From Eledone cirrhosa (lineage: Eukaryota), in the NCBI GenBank assembly GCA_964016885.1, contig OZ024741.1, positions 295,554,001 through 295,618,000 on the forward strand: a stretch of 64,000 nt of DNA. Direction: 5' to 3'. The translations under genes and the position numbers were made by a program. Of the stretch, positions 55,361-64,000 are shown piece after piece. Below the pieces are notes generated by a model. The model did not search any database and was not told where the DNA came from. It saw only the letters and a list, made by a program, of their open reading frames with translations. Each line of letters opens with the position of its first letter. Position 1 is the first letter of the stretch.

Positions 55361-56538
55361 TATAGTGGCCAACACCTCCACAAACACTGCAGCAGCACCA
55401 CTAACACCACAACATCTCCCCTAATACCACAACTCCCCTAACACCTCCACAAACACTGCAGCAGCACCACTAACACCACAACAACTCCCCTAACACCTCC
55501 ACTGACACCAAAATAACATTACTACTACAATCAACATTATTCCACTAACACCTCAACATCACCAACTTAATTAGCTCCACTAGCACCAAAATACCCCAAC
55601 AATATCAATATCTTCATTCACAGCACCTCGAAGAATACATTTAAAAATAAGCATTTCTTGCACAAAAATAAGCTTTGTAAATATGATACCAAAATAGATA
55701 TTCTTTCCAGTGCCTTCTCATTCCTGCAGAAGGAATCCCTCCATGGTTAACCTTCATTGCTTTCTGTTTGGCTTTGGTCATGCCAGTGGTGTAGCCATAC
55801 TCACTATGCTTGGCCAATTACGGTTTGGTGAGGCTGTTTAACCCATAGTTGGGATAGATTGCCATTGACTCTGAAGAGTTGATCCCTAACCCTTTCTCAC
55901 CAGACTAAGGTCTGGTGGAGGAGCTGGTTTAGTCACCAACGACTTGACACTGAAGCAGGTTGTACTGTATTACATAGTATCAGTAACAGGCAAAAGCCTG
56001 ACCTGACCATAGAGTACAACATTAATGGTATTAAAAACATTTTTATGGAACTAAAAGATTGTATAACCACACAGAATTTATATAGCAACAATTCAGGAAA
56101 CTTTTTTAATGCCCCTCATTTCAAAGTACAATCAGATCTGACAAGACAAACCCTTACAAAATGGAGGTGGCCTTATCACATAGAAAAATATGTATTCAGC
56201 ATATAGGGTGTTCTGCTGATTGTGCCTTGTAATTTAGCTGAAAGCCTCGAGGAATCAAATGTACTGTGCAGGAAAGAAGATTGTATTGGTATGAACATGT
56301 AATGATGATCATTGTGTGAGGACGTGTCAGATTCCAAATGGAAGAAAGCCATGCAAGAGGAAAACCAAGAAAGACTGACCTGGGTATGTGGTGGGGTGGG
56401 AGTGGAAGCTGATCTCAGAATATGGAACCTCACAAAAGATACCATACTGGAAATAGAAAAATGGAGAGATGCAAGCATGAAAACATGGAAATAAAATTGC
56501 TTATGCTGGTGATGTATTATATACATATTCATATGTGG

Positions 56539-56740
56539 TTGATGGATGAGAGAAAAGTGTACTCAATATTGAAGAATATTGGCTAAGTAATGAGTCTTGT
56601 TACTCGGGAGTTTCACCTTGCCTAATGATCCTGTGTGTGAGCAGGTGAAATTCCAGAGTAATATGACGCATTACTTAGCTATAAAAAATGAATATTTAAA
56701 CTTTACTTGGTATTGAGTACTCTTTTCTCTCATCCATCAA
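56539..56740. mobile_element. Fold-back cassette with degenerate hammerhead (56617-56665, +)
   Basis: Inverted arms; cttgc-CTAATGA-tcctg..caggt-GAAAttccagaGTA. Confidence 0.6.
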
Positions 56741-56847
56741 ATACATTCAAGTATTATATATGTATATATACACACACACACGCAGGCGCGCACACACTCA
56801 CACACACACACACATAAATATATATATAGACACACATATATATATAT

Positions 56848-56878
<31 letters not shown>

Positions 56879-56944
56879 CACACATATATATATATATACA
56901 GACACACACACATACATTCATACATACCTACACACACACCTATA

Positions 56945-56986
<42 letters not shown>

Positions 56987-57032
56987 CATACACACTTATA
57001 TATATATGCACACACATATATATATATATAAT

Positions 57033-57365
57033 GGAGGCACATGGCTTAGTGGTTAGAACATTGGCCTTGCAATCGAAAGGTTGTGAGTTCAATTCTCAGA
57101 CCGCGTGATGTGTTGTTTCCTTGAGCAAGACACTTTATTTCACATTGCTCCATTTTACTCAGCTGTAGATATGAGATGATAGGGACTGGAGTCCCTATCA
57201 TTCCACTGTAAAGTGGACGTGTAGGTGCCATGGCAAAAAAGCACCCAGCACTCACTGTAAATGAGGTTGGTGTTAGGAAGGGCATCCAGCTGTAGAAATC
57301 AAGCCAGAATCAGTTCCCGTCCCACCCTTGCAAGCAGGGAAAAAAAAAAAGCGGACGTAAAATGA
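57033..57365 (+). mobile_element. Full-length tRNA-CORE-RTE-tail SINE
   Basis: A-box tggcttagtggttag, B-box gagttcaattc, CORE-like block, 3' part matching the RTE 3'UTR. Confidence 0.85.
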
Positions 57366-57438
57366 ATATAATAATAATATAAAAATATAATAATATATAT
57401 ATATAATAATATATATATATATAATAATATATATATAT

Positions 57439-58638
57439 AAGCAGGGACTAGAGAGAAAGGGCCTCAAAGTCAACATGACAAAGACTAAGGTCCTTATAAG
57501 TAGACGAGAAAACAGAACCCAGATCCCCTCAGGGAAATGGCCTTGCTCAGTATGTAGGAAAGGTGTAGGTAGGAACTCCATTCTTTGCCCCAAATGCAAA
57601 CAATGGGTACACAAGAGATGTAGCGGGATCTCAGGAAGCTTAATTAAGAATGTAGGATTCACATGCAGCAGCTGTGCTGAAACAGCAAGCAAACAGCCAC
57701 AGGAAACAAGTACCACCAATCTCTGGGAGGGCCCTGTAGAAACAGTAGACAGCTTCTGCTACCTAGGTGACCGAATTAGCAACGGAGGTGGGTGCTCAGA
57801 AAGTACAATAACTAGGGTAAGAACGGGATGGAAGAAGTTTAGGGAACTACTACCACTGCTAGCTGCAAAAGGCTTCTCCCTCAGAATGAAAGGCAGACTG
57901 TATGATGCGTGTATCCGAACAGCGATGTTGCATGGTAGTGAGACCTGGGCGCTGAAGGTGGAAGACTTACGTAGATTAGAGAGAAACGAAGCCTGCATGC
58001 TCCGATGGATGTGTAACAGTAATATACGTGAACGACAAAGCATAAAGGAATTGAGAGAGAGACTGAGCATAAGAGGAATCAAATGCTGCGTGCAGGAGAG
58101 GCGGTTACGCTGGTATGGACATGTGATGCGTATGAAGGATGACAGCTGCATAAAAAGGTGCAGAGCACTAGAAGTTGATGGAAACCGCGGAGTGGGGAGA
58201 CCCAAGATGACTTGGGATGAGGTGATAAAAGCCGACCTTACCCAACTACACCTCTCAAAGTCAATGACACACGACCGTGACTTCTGGCGTCACGCAGTAA
58301 TACAGGGTACCCGACCTCCCATGGGTACATGCTGAAGCATATAAACGATATGCCCCCCCCCCCCACCGCAAGGTGGTCGTGGAGGTGCCACGGCAAAAAA
58401 GCACCCAGCCCACACTGTAAAGTGGACGTGTAGGCGCCACGAAAAAGCACCCAGCACTCACTGTAAATGAGGTTGGTGTTAGGAAGGGCATCCAGCTGTA
58501 GAAATCAAGCCAGATCAGTTCCTGTATGAGTAAGGCATGGTCAGCCGACCAGACACTGCCCACAACAGGACAACCCGTCTAACCCATGCTAGCGTGGAAG
58601 AACGGACGTAAAACGGTGATGATGATGATGATGATGAT
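57439..58638 (+). mobile_element. Young RTE-type LINE, 5'-truncated, copy 3
   Basis: ORF 57475-58335 differs from copy 2 by one residue; (GAT)n tail. Confidence 0.93.
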
Positions 58639-58714
58639 AGGTATGTTATTCCGGGTTGAATCGGAGGTAACCACAGTAAGTAAGGTACTCAATACATTGC
58701 AGAGTATAAATTAC

Positions 58715-58763
58715 GATTCCTGATGATTTCTAAAGAATGAAACAGTTCTAGTCCTGTAGAATC
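58715..58763 (+). ncRNA. Type I hammerhead ribozyme
   Basis: Identical to the reverse complement of 39497-39545. Confidence 0.85.
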
Positions 58764-58954
58764 TCATCTATATTAAAATAAAACTATATATATATATATA
58801 TATATATATTAGAGAGTTAAACAAGATTCAATGAGTACATCAAAGAATGAGTTTTACAGTAGATTGGAAGCACTCTACAGTAAAATAATTTTCCAGAGTT
58901 ATTAATATTACAGTACAAATATTAATAAAATAGATATTATTTTGATCATTTAAA

Positions 58955-59005
58955 TTTTATTATACATATTTCAGAGGTACAACAGTACGTCCTCATCAGA
59001 CAAAA
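58955..59005 (-). ncRNA. Minimal hammerhead ribozyme within an inverted-repeat cassette
   Basis: Minus strand: ttttgt-CTGATGA-ggacgtac tgtt gtacctct-GAAA-tatgtATA-ataaaa; 31-bp inverted repeats at 58905-58935 / 59025-59055. Confidence 0.7.
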
Positions 59006-59082
59006 TATAATGTTATAAAAGAAGATCTATTTTATTAATATTTGTACTGTAATATATATATATATATATATATATTTGTATC

Positions 59083-59129
<47 letters not shown>

Positions 59130-59945
59130 ATACAAATATAAAAAGTAAAAAATATAAACATACAAAAAAAAAGACTGGAAAGAAATATGAGAAGATTAAG
59201 TAAGGTGTATTGAATTATTGGGAATATGATGTGAAATAGTGTGTGGGGTGAGGGGTAAGGATGGCAATTAAATACTTTCTCCAATAAAGTGGAGAACAAA
59301 CAGTTTTTCAACAACACACTTTTAAACAAAGGTTTTAAAGAATAATTAAAGGAAATATATTAATTGTGGTGAAGGGCAAGGAGGGGGCAGAGTGTTTTGT
59401 TTATTTTTTTATTGTTGTTGGTGTTAGTATTGATTGTAACAGTACTAGTTGTGTCAGTGTTGCTTAAAGTAATGTGATGCATGGGTGTATGTGTGTACAC
59501 ATATACATGTATCTCTGTGCATATTCATGTGTGTGCACTTGGACACATGTGTACACACTTCCACTAACAACATAATTAATACAAATACATGCTTCAAAAT
59601 ATGCACCCCACCTACACACAACCACCAACTACATGTCTGCACCCTCACCTCGAACCCCACACCCACACACCAGACTACTTCCCTACCCATCACTACTCCT
59701 CCTTCTCCTATTTTTTTTTTTTTCTTTCTTTGTACTTTTCCCTTTCCTGATGGGAGGTTAGTGCCTGATACATTGACTATGAAACTCACTCTCTTTCTTT
59801 TAAGCGTGAAACTAATACAACTATGTTAATGCATTCTCTGGTTTGTTAGTTTCTTGATTACGTGATATATATATATATATATATATAACGGAGGAGTTGT
59901 GGTAAGGAACAAGATGGACCATAATATATATATATATGTATAACC

Positions 59946-59979
<34 letters not shown>

Positions 59980-59996
59980 CACGTAATCAAGAAACT

Positions 59997-60655
59997 AAGA
60001 CAGGAAGACGATACTTAGGTTCGTGGTAACGTTCCCTTGCAAAGAACGGGAAAAAACGAATATAATACGTCATTATTTGGAGCGGTGAAAAACAATTACA
60101 CGCAAAGACAGAACCACGTTTATGGTATAAAAGAAGTCGTAGACTAATATTCTCTAAGGTGGTTCATAGAGACGTTCTCTGGCAATGAACGAAAAAAACG
60201 AAGATAATACGTCATATGTGGAGCGTGGAGAACAATTGCACGTAAACACAAAACCACGTAAATGGTATCATGATCATCATCATTCTTCGACTACTGTCGA
60301 GATGATGGATCTCACTCTCATGCCCCAGAATTCCCTGTCCCCCATATAGTGTGGTTCCCTGAAATGGTATAACTGAAGTCGTAGACTAAAATTCTAACTA
60401 GGAAACCGAATGATTCTCGGCTTCAGAGTTAAGAATAAAGTAAATAAAATACAGAGGTAATTGAAATTAAATAAATGCATACTCGCGTCCATACACGTAC
60501 ATACACAAGCATAGGCGAAAACACTCGCCATAGGTATACAAATACACGCACATATAAATGTGTGTGTGTGCGTGTATACAAATAATTAAATAAACGTATA
60601 TAAATAAATAAATACGTATATAACAAACGCACACACATACCTACATGTAAATACC
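59997..60655 (-). repeat. Inverted partial pLTR of the adjacent PLE
   Basis: Reverse complement of about 62982-63540, interrupted by a 93-bp insertion. Confidence 0.9.
60269..60361 (-). mobile_element. Extremely 5'-truncated (GAT)n-tailed LINE insertion with 9-bp TSD
   Basis: aaatggtat at 60260-60268 and 60362-60370; single copy at the empty site near 63268. Confidence 0.8.
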
Positions 60656-63600
60656 CGTACCAAGCAGGAAAACATACCTAAAACTCCTAATACAGAAAGC
60701 AGACGCGTTCATTAAAAGGTTACGTTGGCGTGCCTTTTATTTCGATAATCAGCGAAAAGCAGACAACAAACAGGATAAATTTGGGTTTAAAACTTATAAT
60801 AACCATCCGTGTAATCCAGCATTGTTACCCTTCGAAAATGATCTCTTGGAACTCATACGGAGTATCAAATTTCGGAATAGGAGCAATTCCTTCCAGCAGG
60901 ACCTGAAGAATAAAATTCGTTCTATTAAGGATTCTAATGCCGTGCACGTCCATTCCGACAAAACTGGCAACCTATATCAAGTGGAGCGCAGTACTTACCA
61001 TCAACTATTACATAATGCTGTAACTAAGGATTACCGTAAAACTAATCGGTGCGTCATTAATGAAATCAACGATGCTGGGTTTAAAATCACCTCTGATCTC
61101 AACATGCAGGACCGGACCGAACCTCTGGACCCTATTTCTTCCCACTTTACCCACTTTACCCAATTTTCTGAACAACCCCTCTATTCGGCTTATTAACCCT
61201 ACGAAGTCCGATTTAGGTAGACTTAGTAAAAGGATTCTTGATAGAATTATACCTGAAATTAGAAGTTTGGCCCCTCTTGCACTGTGGAACAATTCTTTCG
61301 CGGTGATTGATTGGTTCAACGGCATATGCAACAAGGAACATTACCACTTCTCCTTAGAGCTATCAATTTCGCTAAATCACTCACAGTGATTAAGGATTTC
61401 GAAATTGATGTCATCCTCAATGCTCGTAAGTCGGTGATTAATTTCGACGACTCTATTTGGATTAAAAAATCTAATAGTACCCCCATTCGACGTGAGTATG
61501 GGCGCCAGCGATTCTGCGGAGGTTACTGATCTTATCGGCCTTTTCCTTCTTTTCTCTATCAAGGACGAATTCCCCAACGTGGGCGGTGGTTTGTACCGTT
61601 TGACCATGACTAAGTGCGGCCCACGTGCTTGCGACAGGTTCAGAAAAGAACTCACAGCCTTCTTTAAAGGCTTCAACCTCTCTATACAGGTTGAGGCCAA
61701 TCTCTCGGTCGTTAATTGCCTCGACGTTACCCTCAATTTATCGAATGGCTTGTATTACCCGTATAGAAAGCCGAATGATACGCTTAATTACATAAGTAAG
61801 CATTCTAACCATCCTGCCAGCATAACCAGGAACCTGGTAAGAAACGTTTCTTTGAGGCTTTCCCGTCTATCTACTAACGAGCATATTTTCAACGACCATT
61901 CCACATATTACAATGAAGCTCTTGCTCAGAGTGGATTTGTCGATAAGGTAGCATATACAGAGTACGAGAATAGACCTAGAAGAAATAGATCCCGACGCAT
62001 TATATGGTATAACCCACCATATATGGAGGTGGCCACACCATTAGCTAAGATCTTTCTATCCCTTATTACGAAGCATTTTCCCCCTACACATAAATATAGT
62101 AACATTTTTAATAGAAATACTATTAAAATTTCTTACTCTACGACTCCTAACCTTGCACATAACATCACCGCTTCAAACTTAGCTAAACTACCTAGCCGTA
62201 GGAACACGTGCAACCCTGTAGTTAGTACTAACTGTAATTGTAGGAATCGGGTTGATTGCCCCCTATCCGGGAAATGCCTCTCTAGTAACATTGTCTACAA
62301 ATGTAAGGTTGAAACACCCACGTCCCGTAGGGCCTACATAGTGTTAACCGCCAATAGATTCAAGCAGCGTCTTTAGATGCATATCCATTCTTTTCGTTAC
62401 CCTCTAAGAAGGAATATGACGTCACTTTCAGCTTATATCTGGAGTCTAAAAGACAACCACACCCAATATAAGTTACACTGGGAGATCCTAGCTAGGGCTA
62501 GATCGTATAACGGAAATAAAAGATCATGTCACCTCTGCGCCGCTGAGGCCCTGGAAATACTCTACACCACAGACCACATCTTAAACAAAAAATCTGAGGC
62601 AATTTCGGCTTGTAAACATAAATTGCACAAAACTTTCCTGTATTACAGCCCCACATTATACCCTAACGGATAGTACGATCTATACGCGGATATTTTACGT
62701 CTTGATGTGGTAGCTAAGTATATGTTATCTTTATACCATTACTTATTTGCATAGGTAAGTATATATTACCTGTATGTTTTGTGAAGGTACGTATACTTTC
62801 TCGTACGTATATTTGATTGTATATGTTATGGCGTATATTTTATATATTCTGGTACATATGCTTTTGGTTATGTGTATACTTGAGTTTTGCGTCTGTGTGA
62901 GTATGCGGGTTGAGTACGTATGTAGGGTGTGTGTATATGTGTACTTCGTGTTTTGGTTGACGTACGTCTCCGAACATATGTGTATTTACATGTAGGTATG
63001 TGTGTGCGCTTGTTATATACGTATTTATTTAATTATATACGTTTATTTAATTATTTGTATACACGCACACACACACATTTATATGTGCGTGTATTTGTAT
63101 ACCTATGGCGAGTGTTTTCGCCTATGCTTGTGTATGTACGTGTATGGATGCGTGTATGCATATTTATTTAATTTCAATTACCTCTGTATTTTATTTACTT
63201 TATTCTTAACTCTGAAGCCGAGAATCATTCTGTTTCCTAGTTAGAATTTTAGTCTACGACTTCAGTTATACCATTTACGTGGTTTTGTGTTTGCGTGCAA
63301 TTGTTCTCCACGCTCCAGATATGACGTATTATCTTCGTTTTTTTTCGTTCATTGCCAGAGAACGTCTCTATGAACCACTTAATAGAATATTAGTCCACGA
63401 CTTCTTTTATACCATAAACGTGGTTTTGTCTTTGCTTGTAATTGTTTTTCACCGCTCTAAATAATGACGTATTATATTCGTTTTTTCCCGTTCTTTGCCA
63501 GGGAACGTTTCCACGAACCAGAGTATCGTCTTCCTGTCTTCCTCCGGTTGCAACGTTTTTTGAAATATTCACTTCTGCGTTCACAGATTGACTTTGTTAG

Positions 63601-63756
63601 TTTCAGAAGATCCCGTTAAGGGTGAAAGCAGCGATTCTTTGCTTAAACTTTAATCTGTTATTTTAATAAATATTTGCTCTACGGTTCTTATATATTTGAT
63701 ATATATTTATCCTTATCGAGCCCTCTTTGGATTTTCGTCTTCAAATTTATTATTAT

Positions 63757-63760
<4 letters not shown>
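60656..63760 (+). mobile_element. Near-full-length decayed Penelope-like element (Naiad-like RT plus GIY-YIG)
   Basis: FIKRLRWRAFYF, SDKTGNLY, RLINPTKSDLG, MGASDSAEV, LDVTLNL..YRKPND, SNHP, IIWYNPPY, CNC..CPLSGKC, IVYKC..YI, CHLC; frameshifts, DD motif deleted, internal TAG at 62374. Confidence 0.92.
63599..63649 (+). ncRNA. Hammerhead motif in the PLE pLTR (core variant CAGAAGA)
   Basis: agttt-CAGAAGA-tccc gttaa gggt-GAAA-gca gcgattctt tgc-TT-aaact. Confidence 0.7.
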
Positions 63761-63832
<72 letters not shown>

Positions 63833-64000
63833 ATATACATATATATACATATATATATATATCCGGTCTATAAAGTGGTCGTGTAGGTGTCACGATAAAA
63901 GCACCCAGTCCACACTGTAAAGGGCCATGCAGGCGTCATGACAAAAAACACCCAGTCCACACTGGTAACTAGTCGTGTTGGCGACACCACAAAAAGTGCC

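Noticed and set aside
57033-57110. tRNA gene
   Set aside because: A and B boxes only, continuing into a SINE body; no full cloverleaf
62374-62376. In-frame stop in the Naiad-like ORF as possible selenocysteine (reported for some Naiads)
   Set aside because: The codon is TAG, not TGA; nearby Cys motifs use TGT/TGC; the copy is otherwise decayed

Overview
This is AT-rich eukaryotic DNA made almost entirely of repeats, with no host protein-coding exon I can support. The SINE and LINE families and the dense (TA)n, (CA)n and (GAT)n microsatellites suggest a cephalopod (octopus-like) genome; this is an inference. Contents: three near-identical young 5'-truncated RTE-type LINE copies, an RTE LINE with three C-terminal C2H2 fingers, CR1, L1/Tx1 and RLE-type LINE remnants, a decayed Helitron, tRNA-derived SINEs, MITEs and three minisatellites (17, 16 and 32 bp units). 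There are also Penelope-like elements (PLEs): one nearly full-length Naiad-like copy and two GIY-YIG fragments. The most notable signal, invisible in the ORF track, is about 13 hammerhead-ribozyme (HHR) motifs from at least 8 unrelated sequence families. They sit in short non-coding, (TA)n-embedded cassettes with fold-back or partial-tandem architecture, and six families share a U·U pair at the base of stem II. A separate repeat family shows a covarying, possibly pseudoknotted RNA structure that has only half of the HHR core. Nearly all other ORFs in the track are microsatellite or satellite artefacts. All folds were done by eye.
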